A stretch of 57,217 nt of DNA, counting the filler, from Asterionella formosa (Eukaryota): the NCBI GenBank assembly GCA_002256025.1. It is 6 parts of 6 records of this genome, joined end to end, with 100 filler letters (N's around TTAATTAATTAA, not from the genome) between each part and the next. Parts side by side here need not be neighbours in the genome. Positions count along the whole stretch, not along the records: positions 19,124 to 28,576 come from NKIB01010631.1; positions 28,677 to 38,126 come from NKIB01010632.1; 4 more parts are not named here. The stretch is one strand, 5' to 3'. Every line of letters begins with the position of its first letter. Positions within the stretch are counted from its first letter, which is position 1. The notes under the pieces were generated by a model that searched no databases, was not told where the DNA came from, and was given only the letters and a program-made list of their open reading frames with translations. The translations under genes were made by a program, and so were the position numbers. Below are positions 21,635-33,680 of this stretch, piece after piece.

Positions 21635-24600
21635 TTACATTGATTCGGCAAGCTTTAATCCACATGTACATCCCAACATCTTGCATCCACAGTTTGTATC
21701 TGCCCCATTCGTTATTCCGGAAGCGAGGGTTTCATCTTCAAACAATGGCTCCATCGCCCGACGACTCCTCAGACGAATTGGTTTCACCTTTTCGACTACT
21801 GAAGTGTTACTCTCAAAATCAACATTTGGTGTAAGTACCATTGGAACCACAGAGGATTGCCAAATGTTCATCTGTTCTTCTTCTTCGTCGTCATCGTCTT
21901 CTCCATCATACTCCTGTTCCTCATTACGCTTTTTGTAGATGAATCGCATGGTACCAAAAGAGGCAACCAAAACGAAAGCACCGCCCACAGATATTGCGAT
22001 CCAGATGTAGATGCTCAAGTTGGCTTGGGAGTTCGATCTGCCAGTGCCTGCAGATCCACCTTCCACAGGTGAATTTTTCGATCCCCCGTCTTCACGCAAT
22101 GTATAGTTTGTTGACTTGACAGTCACCACTTGACTAAATGCAGTGTCTTTGGTCGCCTGAAGCCTTACGACAAGGACAGTCCCATTGTCATCAAAGATGG
22201 TATTGCACATTGCTACTAAATCCAAATCCCCCACTTTTGCATCTCCCCTTACAAGCATACTTATTATAATATCAGTACCCTGAGCTAGTCGTCGTCGAAG
22301 TGTCGACTTTGATAATGATTGATTCAACACTGAAACTTTCACGTGTGAGACAGGAGGTACTTGGAGGCGTAACCAGTTGCCCAAAAAAGCTTCCGTGGTA
22401 TTTCGAAATGTCTCCATAGAGCTGACATCCATTTCATCCACCACATGGGCCATAGTGACAGATACATTGCCTTGTAAAGAATACACTTTGGTCAATGCAG
22501 GTTCAACAGTAAACGCAGATGGGGTGAATGTAGGATAATCAATAGGAGCAGTTGTAGGGCCCACAGATGGGGTGAATGTAGGATAATCAATAGGAGCAGT
22601 TGTAGGGACCACAGATGGGGTCAATGTAGGATAATCAGTATGTGCAGTTGTAGGGCCTTCAGTCGGTTCCAATGTAGGATGTTCAGAAGGAGAAGCTGTG
22701 GGGTCCGCAGTTGGTTGCAACGTAGGTTCCAATGTAGGATTCTCAGTAGGAAGATTTGTGAGTTCCGTGGTCGGTTCCAACGTAGGATACTGTGTAGGAG
22801 AAGCTGTAGGTTCCGCAGTTGGTTCTAACGTAGGTTCCAATGACGGATGCTCAGTAGATGAAGCGGTGGGGACTATAGTCGGGGGTTTTGTAGGATAATC
22901 AGTTGGAGGTGCTGTGGGTTCTGTAGTTGGGGTCATGGTTGGATCAGGAGTAGGAGAAGCAGTGGGTTTATTAGAAGGGGCCAATGTAGGATCAGGAGTA
23001 GGAGAAGCTGAAGTGGGCTTAACTGTCGGTTCAACAGAAGGTGAAGCGCTAGGAGAAGCTGACGGGTCTGCTGTCCTTGTTAACGACTTCAGTGTGATCA
23101 CTTGACTAAAGGAGGTGTTGTTAGTAGCCTGAAGCCGCTCAACAAGGATATATCCCTTGTAGTCAAAAATATTGTTGCACATTGTTGTCAAATCCAAATT
23201 GTCTACTACTGCTTCTCCAGTTACCATCATACTTATTATGATGTCATTGGCCTGCGCTATTCGTCGACGCAGTGTCGACTGAGTTAACAATTGATTCAGC
23301 ACCGTAACTCTTACGTTCGACACCGGAGGCACTTGGAGGCGCAACCAATTTCTCAAAAATGCTTGACTGGTATTGAGAAATGTCTCCGTGAAGCTATCAC
23401 CCAATTCAGCCCCCACGAGGGCCATAATTATTGATACATTGGCTTGTAAAGCATACACTACAGCGTTTGTAGGTGCCGTTGTAGGCGCTGTTGGTATCAA
23501 GACCGTAGGTTCAGGTGTAGGAAAAGCTGTAGGACGTAAAGTGGGAATATATGTAGGTTGCATAGTAGGTGAAGCAGTGGGGTTGGCAGTCGGTTTCAAT
23601 GTAGGAGAATCCGTTGGAGATGCTGTTGGGTCAGCAGTCGGGCTAGACGATGGATAATCAGTAGGAGCAGCTGTTGGGTCGGCAGTAGGGGCCGACGTAG
23701 GATGCATAGTCGGTGAAGCTGTTGGGTGGGCAGTAGGTTCCAACGTCGGATGATCAGTAGGTGAAGCTGTTGGGTGGGCAGTCGGGTTCAACGTAGGATT
23801 ATCAGTAGGAGCAGCTGTTGGGTCGGCAGTAGGGGTCGACGTAGGATGATCAGTAGGAGGGGCTGTCGGCTCCGCAGTCGGTTTCATCGTGGGATGATGA
23901 GTAGGAGAAGCTGTGGGCTCAGTTGTCGGTGCCAACGTCGGATGATCAGTAGGAGATGATGTTGGCTTTTTCGTCGGGGTCGATGTGGGTGCAACAGTTG
24001 GAGAAGCTGTGGGATCCACAGTCGGCTCCAAAGATGGCGCATCGGTAGGAGGACAACTGGGGTCAACAGATGGTGCCGGCGTAGGCTTAAAAGTAGGAGA
24101 AGCCGTAGGTTTAGCAGTAGGTGTCATTATAGGATAATCAGTAGGAGAAGCTGTGGCCACAGTAGTCGGTGCCAACGTCGGATGATCAGTAGGAGATGAC
24201 GTTGGTTCTTTTGTTGGGGTCAATGTTAATATTGATTCTGAAATGGGAGAAGCTGTAGGGTCCAAAATTTTATTTGTCTGAAGTAAGCTGGAATCAGTGG
24301 AGGGGGCCAAACTAAGTTTAGTAGGAGAAGGTGTGGAACTGGGGTCGGTAGATGGGACCACCGTCCACCTAATAGTAGGAGTAGTTGAAGTGTCCTCATT
24401 CGTGGGAAACATAAAATCTGCTCGAGGACCGGTAGTCATCGGTGCAGAAGTCGAGGAGTCTGATGGGCGCTCGTTTGGATTACTAGTCATTGGTGCAGAA
24501 GTCGCGGAGATTGTTGTACTCGCCGACGATGTAAATGGAGGATTGGTTACAGGGACACTAAGAGGGAAAGTAGTTCCAGAAGAAAGAGTGTTGGCCAAAT

Positions 24601-24727
24601 CCAAGATTGAAACAAGAAAAGGCACTTTGACATTCTTTGTTGTTAGCGGTGTTGGGGCTTTACTTGGTTGATACAATGACGCTCGGCAGTTCCCCAAAGA
24701 AAAGAGGAGAACTGCGAACCTTACCAT
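21635..24727 (-). CDS. Mucin-like PT-repeat type I membrane protein with two SEA-like globular domains
   Basis: Signal peptide MVRFAVLLFSLGNCRA, extensive PTxxPT repeats and two homologous ~130-aa domains (NWLRLQVPPVS.V.V.VLNQ...TLRRR.AQ). TM IYIWIAISVGGAFVLVASFG followed by an acidic cytosolic tail. Confidence 0.9.
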   Translation of the reverse strand: MVRFAVLLFSLGNCRASLYQPSKAPTPLTTKNVKVPFLVSILDLANTLSSGTTFPLSVPVTNPPFTSSASTTISATSAPMTSNPNERPSDSSTSAPMTTGPRADFMFPTNEDTSTTPTIRWTVVPSTDPSSTPSPTKLSLAPSTDSSLLQTNKILDPTASPISESILTLTPTKEPTSSPTDHPTLAPTTVATASPTDYPIMTPTAKPTASPTFKPTPAPSVDPSCPPTDAPSLEPTVDPTASPTVAPTSTPTKKPTSSPTDHPTLAPTTEPTASPTHHPTMKPTAEPTAPPTDHPTSTPTADPTAAPTDNPTLNPTAHPTASPTDHPTLEPTAHPTASPTMHPTSAPTADPTAAPTDYPSSSPTADPTASPTDSPTLKPTANPTASPTMQPTYIPTLRPTAFPTPEPTVLIPTAPTTAPTNAVVYALQANVSIIMALVGAELGDSFTETFLNTSQAFLRNWLRLQVPPVSNVRVTVLNQLLTQSTLRRRIAQANDIIISMMVTGEAVVDNLDLTTMCNNIFDYKGYILVERLQATNNTSFSQVITLKSLTRTADPSASPSASPSVEPTVKPTSASPTPDPTLAPSNKPTASPTPDPTMTPTTEPTAPPTDYPTKPPTIVPTASSTEHPSLEPTLEPTAEPTASPTQYPTLEPTTELTNLPTENPTLEPTLQPTADPTASPSEHPTLEPTEGPTTAHTDYPTLTPSVVPTTAPIDYPTFTPSVGPTTAPIDYPTFTPSAFTVEPALTKVYSLQGNVSVTMAHVVDEMDVSSMETFRNTTEAFLGNWLRLQVPPVSHVKVSVLNQSLSKSTLRRRLAQGTDIIISMLVRGDAKVGDLDLVAMCNTIFDDNGTVLVVRLQATKDTAFSQVVTVKSTNYTLREDGGSKNSPVEGGSAGTGRSNSQANLSIYIWIAISVGGAFVLVASFGTMRFIYKKRNEEQEYDGEDDDDEEEEQMNIWQSSVVPMVLTPNVDFESNTSVVEKVKPIRLRSRRAMEPLFEDETLASGITNGADTNCGCKMLGCTCGLKLAESM

Positions 24728-25379
24728 TTCGCGTGTATGGTCACTTATTTAACAGGCGATGATGAGATGGAACTGCTAATATATAAATTGATGATTGTGA
24801 GAATGATGCATTTCACAAAATTGGCTGTTGACGAGCAATCAGTACTCGCCCGTATCCAATGGATAAATTGTATTTGATTGAGCATCGTATTTCTTCTTTC
24901 TTGTAAAATGCCTTGACCTTTTCCTTGGACATTACCGATTACTCTTGCACAAGTGATTATAACAACAAAAATTTTCCAAGCATCGCCGTCTTACCGTAAG
25001 TAATTGCGATTGGGATACTGCACTGCTTTTTGTTTTCTCCCAAAATTCTGCGACGATGGGATTATAGTTTGAGGAATAGAAAGCAATATTTTGAAAATAA
25101 CGATGATTTGTGGACGATACACATATTCTGAAATCATTTCATAATGTGTGACCGATCAGCACGGTCCTCCCATTCCAACGACTTTTATCGCCAAAGCCAA
25201 ACGATACGTACTTCCCGCGACAGGTGCAGTGTTGTACGCAGTTCAAGTACAGTACCAGGTACCAGGTGGTACCGGAAATCATCAAAAATCATTTTGGCCA
25301 GTCGTCGCACTAGATACCAGTACCATGGTACTCCATATATATATTCATGAATATAATTAATGTGTCGGTGACTGGAGTA

Positions 25380-25994
25380 ATACTGCAGCCATCATGCGGG
25401 CTATACTTTGAGAAAGCGAGTATACTGATATACCGTATTCTTTTACCCAACAGTAAAGTATTCTAATATGGATATACCAGTATACTGATACTGCTACCAA
25501 AGCATTATTCTTATTCTGACTATCACAATTTTTTTGCTGAACCTAAGGATGCAGCAGGGAATCATGGCAAATGGGGCCTTGTAAAGTAGCTACGGCACTC
25601 CTACTACTGGTTTAGTTCTTTGGTTCTATCATGTTAGTCTAAATGATCATCCATCTCTCACAACCATGCAAGTTTCTTTCGTTAAATCTTGAGATAGTTG
25701 AAGCCATGATGAAGTTGCGCACTTTTAGTTTTTGTGGTAATTTTAGTGATGATGCTATGCTGATTTTTATCTAGTTTTGGTGTGGCTCCTAGCCTATGTA
25801 ATATGCACGAAGAGAAATTTGGCTCTCCAATCCTTTACAAGACATGCAGGATTTTCTGTATGATTCCTAAATAGCAGTATACTGGTAAAGTTCTAGTAAG
25901 GTATGGTACTTCAAAAGGAAATGACATCTGTATAATGGTATACTGGTATACTGATACTGCTTCAGGAGCAGTATCAATATCCAATACTGCAGTA
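25380..25994. mobile_element. Possible MITE-like element with subterminal GTATACTG motifs
   Basis: tactgcag at the left end and ctgcagta at the right end. Clusters ataccagtatactgatactgct (left) and agcagtatactggta / gtatactggtat (right) are in inverted orientation. Confidence 0.4.
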
Positions 25995-27189
25995 GACTTT
26001 TACTGACTTCTGTGTACATCCCATTTGACCCCTGCGCTTTGAATACCAATCAATGCATATTATTTTATTGTTAAGTGGGTTGTGTGATGTGGGAGTCATT
26101 TCAAAATTGGGTTCATGATATTTTAAGTAAATATGATATATGCCCTATATTTTAGTTAACAAGATGTTAGCCAAAGACAAAAATTGCCATGACTGCTGTA
26201 CAAAATGGTAACTGAAATTTACTTCTGAAGCAATCTGTTATGTCATTTCAGCTGGATTTTTATATTCAGCTGAAATGATGAGAGCACAGCAAATCTGGTG
26301 AATAGATTTTTCTTTAAATTATATTAGCTGTGAGTATATGTATTTCTGACGCAGGCCACATGATTCATCTTATGTAATTTTTTTGCAATTTTTATTTCAC
26401 CCAAAACCTCTTTTCTCTATCAAAACTTAGATTTATGTAGATATAGCAGCAGGATGAGCAAGTGATAGCGATCTGTTCTGTCAAATGCTTGATTGCAGCC
26501 ATTTGCAGCCACTTGCAGTGAATCTTCAATATAAGTCGTCAATGCACAACTAAATCTATTGATTGGTCTGTTCACAGTCGTTCATCTTGTACTTACACCG
26601 GAAAAGCTCCTCTGATTCGACATGAGTTCTTCGAAGAAGAATTGCAATAAAGATAGTAGTGATAAAGAGTGTGTGTTGAGTGAATTCTCATATGTTTCTT
26701 CATCGTCATCCAATGACGGCAAAGCCACTGTCAGCAGTGGTGGTGCACATATAATGAGAGAATCCTTTGGCACGCATTTAAATGCTTTAGCTTTTGGGTT
26801 TTTAAATGAAAATGTGACAGCAGGAATGAATTCAAATGCATAAACCATACAAAGGCTGCAAAGAATGACACATCAGGAACAATGACAGCGAATGTGCTAA
26901 CCGGATTAACGACAGCAAAGAATGAAAATGCGACAATAGGAATCACTTCAAATTGGGAAAATGGATCAAGGACTACAAAAGAGGAGGTATTAGGAGCAAT
27001 GAGTGCAAATGTGCAAACCGAAACAACGAGGACTGCTGCAAAGAAGGAAACAACAGGAATCAAAAAATTAACGCAGCAAGAACAAGAGGAATCGAAAATG
27101 CTAAAACCAGAACAAGGAAAACGAGCGACGGCAAGAATGATTACAAGAACAAAGGCAAAGAACATTAACAGGAATAGGAAAAACAAGAA

Positions 27190-28330
27190 CATGTGACATG
27201 ACGGATGAGAAATAAAATGAAGTTGTTTATATAATTGAAAACTGGGATAACCCAGAGATCCGGAGAAGAAATTGAATCGGTTATTCAAAGAAAGACATGG
27301 AAGGCAATCTAGTTACGGATGAGAAATACAATGAAGTTGTTTATATAATTGAAAACTGGGACAACCCAGAGATACGGAGACGAAATTGAATTTCTTGTTC
27401 AAAAAAAGGAAGGCAATCTAGGAAAAAATCTCTATGTTATCAGGAGAGACAGTGAGAGATCAGGAGATAATGTGGGCGGACAATTTATTTGATACAAGGA
27501 AATTTTTGATGCCATACATGATGCTCACTATTGTCTTGGTCACTTGAGTTCATCTGGTCCGATTGCTTGCCTTGTCCTGGGTTCGATTTTTGGACCTGAA
27601 ATTGTAAAGATATCAGCTACTTATCCACATAATTATCGCTCCTTTATTAAAACAATGTTCAAGGAAATGGTCAATTTCTCAATACTGAATTGATCTCCTT
27701 ACCAAGTGAACTACATGATACTGTTTCAACACAGCAAGTGGATACTGCTGATGAACTGATGCTATATGAAGTGATAGCAAGAAAATTACTTCTTCGGAAT
27801 GAGAACAGATATGCAAGACATGCTGTGGAAAATGATATAAGAGTAACTCCCATCAAATAAGAAAAATGCAAGATAGAAACATGCACGATATGTCAGAGAA
27901 GAACGACAGAAGGATCAAAGCCAATACATGAAAAGCAGACATATGCAGTCAAAGCGAAAGGCAACTATTGGATCAATAGTTACACTTAGAATTCTTTACA
28001 ACAGAGATATAAGCAACCCACATGGAATTCCTGTCATTGTGTGTGTCCTGTCTACAAACCTTGAACTGGGACAAGGAATACAAGCAGTGAATGTTAATGG
28101 CATTATATGTTCTGGAAAAAGGAGAAGAGAGTAGATATAATTTATCCCTCAAGAATGATACATTGACCTTCCAAATGAGCAGTCATTTCACCATATTTGA
28201 ATGAAAATAGGCAAGCCATACTACTTGATATGTAGCAAGCTCATGCTTTGTGTTATCCTCAACATAGCAAGTCAAAACAACGGTGTAAATGTATGAAAGA
28301 ATGCACAAATGGTTGTGGATCTGTTAAGGA
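27190..28330 (+). mobile_element. Decayed Ginger2/KRBA2-like integrase element
   Basis: EIFDAIHDAHYCLGHL (integrase Zn-finger start, ~27499) and a C-terminal IGSIVTL...GIQAV..NGII...RCKCMKECTNGCG. Internal ~115-bp tandem duplication at 27201-27421. Confidence 0.55.
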
Positions 28331-28705
28331 ATAGCATGGTTCATCTAAGCCGCGAAATACGCCACTTTTCGAAATTTCGTCTACGTATGAGTGTTAATTA
28401 TGTGGTACTTCACATGCATTAATGCCACTCTTCACGTAAAAAAGATTACTTTTAACGGTTTCATGTGAAGTTTTAACTGTTTCATGTGAAGTTTTCACAA
28501 TGAATTTTGAACGCGAGACTGAATTAGTTGATGTTTCAAATAATTCATTTGAAAGTTCAACTAAGATCCTGCTCTTNNNNNNNNNNNNNNNNNNNNNNNN
28601 NNNNNNNNNNNNNNNNNNNNTTAATTAATTAANNNNNNNNNNNNNNNNNNNNNNNNNNNNNNNNNNNNNNNNNNNNTTGAACATTGTTCATCCTAGTAAG
28701 TCAAC

Positions 28706-29223
28706 ATGAAGCATTTGATAGTCATCCTTCTCCTCCTTCCTTTCGCCGTAAATGGCCGCTCCTTACGTGGAAACTTCCTCGAGCATACCTCCTCTTCAAG
28801 TCGTCAGTTAATGACGGGAGGAGGAGGTGCTGGTCGTGGTCGTGGTCGTGGTTTGGTAAAGGTCGTCAAAACCCCAGCGCCAACCAAGGTCAAAATCCCA
28901 TCGTCAGCCAAGGTCAAGACCCCAGCGCCAACCAAGGTCAAGACCCCAGCGCCAACCAAGGTCAAAATCCCAGCGTCAGCCAAGGTCACCCAGCGCCAAC
29001 CAAGTCCAAGACACCAGCGCCGACCAAATCCAAGACACCAGCGCCGACCAAATCCAAGACACCAGCGCCAACCAACTCCAAGACACCAGCGCCAACCAAA
29101 TCCAAGACACCAGCGCCAAAGAAAACAAAGAAACCAAAGAAACCTACTGCATCGCCCAGCATGCCCTCTTCATCGCCTTCTACAAATGATTTAAATTTGG
29201 AGTCAGCAACTCCTACAGTCTAA
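28706..29223 (+). CDS. Secreted Lys/Pro/Thr-rich protein (KTPAPTKxK repeats), silaffin/cell-wall-like; apparent 4-nt frameshift at ~28988
   Basis: Signal peptide MKHLIVILLLLPFAVNG, RSL and RQL motifs, 24-bp repeats. The repeat register continues in another frame after gtcacccagcg (expected gtcaagaccccagcg). Confidence 0.75.
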
Positions 29224-32153
29224 CGTCTTATGGTCGGCATTCTCCAAACTGACCACAACGATGTTTGCCGATTCGTGAAGTCTCCTATGATGTCCTATTA
29301 CTACTGTCATGACTACCAGACGGTGACAGCATAACTTTTGTAAAACATCCATTACAATATAATACACGTTTGTTTGAACTAGTTGCTTCATCAAGAATCA
29401 ATTTTAAATAGATGTCACAAAAGCTCCCTGTCAAGGGTCATAATTCTCAAATGGCAAGACTACTGTACGTTAACCGAGTTTCCCTATTTGCTGATATTTT
29501 TATGTGCAATGCATATTATCAAGGTTTTTAGTTTTTTTATGCAGAGAATGACTGAAGCGCGCATATGTGCGCATTTTTGGAAAACACCGGTATACGAATT
29601 GAAGGAGTATGACTGATATCAAATGAGAGTACAAGCAAATGACTGGATTCATGCTCACAATACCCAAGGTAGCCCATGTACCGGTAGCCTCCTCTAGTAA
29701 AACAATTATTTTGTTTATGAAGTACTCGGAGTACTGCTTAAAAATTCCCCTTATACGAATTACTGCTGGTAATGATTGTATATGTAAATCAAATGGTCAT
29801 CAAAGAAAAAAACAAATTTAACTGGGTCAGCCAGCACACCAAACACTTAAATTACCGCTCAAAGGATTACTACTAAAGATCAATGATATATACCTTGCAA
29901 CTTCATTGAAAACAATAAGAAGGGAAAATGTGAACAGAAGATAGCCATGATAGCTAGGTTAAAGGAATATGTGAGAATCTTCGATTGTTGGGTTGACAAT
30001 AACTAAATGTGTGCTTTCTCTTGCTTCAAGTGATTCAATACCTGACAAAACTATGTCCACTCGTGGGGGGGGGAACTTTGATGTGAACAAATGACTGTTG
30101 GTAAATGCTGTCGTTGGATCAATGCATGTTGTAGTCTAGTAAGCAAAAACAAGCCAAACAATTAATTATTCCCCATTTGTTAATACAGTGAACAAGCAAA
30201 ATGGATCAGCCAATTGACACATTATGCTAAGGAAACGCGTAAAAAGAATACATCTATTTGTGGTAATTGAAGATAGAATGGAACTGTATGTTGTTGCATA
30301 AGAATAATATGACTAACAAGTAGTTGCTTCGCATTTGTTACAACATGAAATGAATAATGATGAAGAAAGACACAGAGGGGGAGTACAAGGGATTGGGGAG
30401 AGGTAGCCCCCTATCAATAACAAGAGTTGATACTTCAGAATCAGAGTGTACGGGAAAGGCCATAGACAATGAGAAGAAACAGTTGTATCAGAATTGGGTT
30501 AGCAGGGAAGCAGACAGAAAGACAAGACAACAACGAGCAGTTGGATAGGAGAAAAGGGAGAACAATGAATAAGATCTTTTCTAAAAAAAATTAAAATTCA
30601 ATCCGATTCCACCTTATTTTAGACATTCAATACTTTCAAAAGAAATACGACGGTGTTAATGTGAGTATAAGATGAACAAATACACAGAACCAATACAGGA
30701 TGCCATTAAGCTAGCTAACTCGATGCTGGTGTTCTAAAATCAATTAGTATTTCATGATTATGAGAAGAGCGATATAAATTCAAAGAGGAATCACGTTTTC
30801 GACTTGAATTGTTGTTACGAAATCACTGTTGTACATTGTATGATAACTTGTTGTTAAACTGTTGAGTCAATATTGATCAATATTATGATTATGATTTGAA
30901 TGATTTTAATAATTGATGATTCATTATAGAACACTTTCATCAAATTTTATGAAAAGCGTAGACCTCATAAACAAGCATTGCCCTTGGGTTTGTTGGAAAG
31001 GTGTTGGTGTGCTGTGGCGCAATTGTGCACCGATCATTCCATCTCCATTTGATCATCTGATGATTGATTATATGATGTGGAAAGTGCATCAGTGCTGTAA
31101 TATCGTTTTCATTATAATATCGACTTAAAAATGGGGTTGGCAGTGGCTGGGTGCATGTACGGACCGGAGCGAATGCGTTTTTGCTGTAGTGATAGCGCCC
31201 TATTAAATGAATATTCTCATAAAGGAACCCGAAAACCTTTGCAGACTTTCTACCAGCAGATCCCTTGCTACTCTGTAACTGCACTAGTATAGTCTCTATT
31301 TTGCTTGCCTTTATACTTAGCTAAAAAGTGTCGAATGCCCACTCAAATTGAGCCTTGGAAGTTATTGTAATTCTATTTTTTGCATGTGTTTTTGCTGTCA
31401 GCCTTCAAGCAGCCAGGGAGACCAGACTGGCTAGCATGGTAGGCTTTGAAAAACTTTCTCGTACCTAGCTTGAAACATAAGAAGTGCTGTGGATTTCTAT
31501 AGTGAATTTCAGTCCTACCACAAATAATGCATGAAGTGGCTGAGGTAATCAAAACATGCCTTGGAAGGTCTGGTAGTCAAACTGTTTGGCTGAGGTTTTG
31601 TAATCAGCCTTCAATCAGATTATAAGCATTCTGAATGAGATGCCATGGCAGGCCATGCATCATTTGGCACAAAAATCGAATTATAAAAACAATTGTCTAT
31701 TTGCAATGAAACATAATTGCTATTTTCATTTAGCAAATATTGTTATGCTGAGCAAAATGTTATTTCCAATCAATGAATAATGTCAGCAATTACCAAAACA
31801 TTTCACAAATAGCGATTGCTAAATCATGAATTATGGTCATGTCATTGGAGGAAAATTACTCTCAGAAAAGCAGCAGAATTCCTTTGGCTGGCGTTGAATT
31901 ATTCGAGTACTGCGGCAACCTCAGTATATATGATTGTGCGGACATTGCACAGTTAGTGTCTCATCCTGTCTCCAGTGATCTAAAAAATGTGAAATGGTAT
32001 CTATATGGCTCGTCAGGGAATAGAGTATAATCTAGTTTCGCAAAGTGCCCTGGTACATCCGATCTTCCCATTGTTGAAATTAAAGGTGTGACAAGAATAC
32101 AACAACTTCCAGAAGTGTGTACAAGAGAGGCTTTATCGATGTAAACCAGATAA

Positions 32154-33130
32154 TTATAAAAGAATTAACATAGCCCATGTATTATTCATACCTATTTTGA
32201 CACCTTTTTGTTGTTGACGCTTCACTGACCGACAACGTGGCCTTCTTCTGTTTCTTTTTGTCACAGTAATCCATCCAGTATCTTCATTGTAGTCTGATGA
32301 GTGTACTTTCATACTTTCTAACACATTCTTGTGATCCTGCAAGCTGGTGATTGTAGGATCAATATTCATGATCTGTTGCCTAAATTTCTTGAAGGCTGCA
32401 CCCTGAAGGGGATTGGCGAAAAAATCTGCAATCATGTTTTGTGTAGGGCAGTATTGCACAAAACCATGAGAGGCAATCCTTTCTGTCACAAAACATCGAA
32501 TATTGATGTGTCAAGTACGCTTGCTGTTGGATGCCTTTCCGTTTTTTTCCAAACGAATAAAACTCTGATTGTCCTAGTATATCACTGAGTCAGATATGGC
32601 ATACCCCTATGCTTCCAAAAATATCTAGTCCAGAGGATTTGAGGCATCACACCATTCACTCTTACAAGCTCCCCCTCAGTGGATCTTATCGTGTTAACTT
32701 TTCGTGTTAATTTTCTGTCGAGTCGATGAACCATGTATGATGCCCTTTCCTAGGTTCATTGCTCCTCCTGTAAGACTCTTCATGTCTGGGTTTACTGTAA
32801 ATGAGGCATCAACCCACCACTTCACAATCTTAACATCATCTGTTTCTGATGTCAGCTGCATGTCAACTGTCCCTTGTAGGTACCTCATAACACGGCACAA
32901 CATAGTTTCTTGTAGTCATCCTCATCGGAACATTTCACTCTGATGCCTAGTAGGAATGCGATAGCTCTCTTAATATTGGACCAAGCCCGACCGTTTGCAT
33001 GGAAATAATAATTAGGCCACGTTATGATGGAACATTGTAGCCTTCTCAGCGTCAAGTTTAATAGAGTCAAGTACATTTACCTCGAACAGATGATTGGCTG
33101 CTGGAGTCACAGCCTCCCCACTCAGCATGT
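32154..33130 (-). mobile_element. Copia (CoDi-like) LTR retrotransposon RT/RNase H remnant
   Basis: RVMRYLQGT, KWWVDASF.V.PDMKS.TGG, STRQKINTKS, YCPTQNMIADFFANPLQG..FKKFR. Multiple frameshifts. Confidence 0.92.
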
Positions 33131-33680
33131 CTATCTTGTGAGGACTGCTAGGAGTATGTAGTAACAAGGTATGACCGGTAATTATGAACAACTGTCTACA
33201 TCTTGTTGAAGGACATGATATGATGATGTACGTACTTGGTAGTACGATTCTTTTTCAGTTGTGTACATACATATATACTATACGCACACCATCTTTATAT
33301 CCATAAGTGTGTAAGTAGCTACCGGTGTGTTATTTGTCCATCGCAACAGTACTTGTAAGAGCATGTACGATCTCCCATTTCCCTGAATTTTTAGCGACAC
33401 GCACTTCATCATATGCTTCTTGTCCTTCCTCACCTCACCTGTTATACAATGCCTACAAAACCAGTGCCAGATTTGGCTCGAAAGCGAGTGATAGCAGATT
33501 TTGGAACCTTTCCTACCAGTTATTTAAAAAAAGGCAAAAGCAGTATACTGTTCATGACGCCTTTGGCGGTGCAACACCTTCCAGAAAGGTTCTCTCCTAC
33601 TCCATCATGCTAATGGAAAATTACTCCTCCATAGCCAACTGCACAATTTTGACTTCCTGAAAAATGACAAGAGAAAACTG

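Noticed and set aside
22640..24671. Plus-strand Val/Gly-rich ORFs
   Set aside because: Antisense shadows of the PT-repeat gene.
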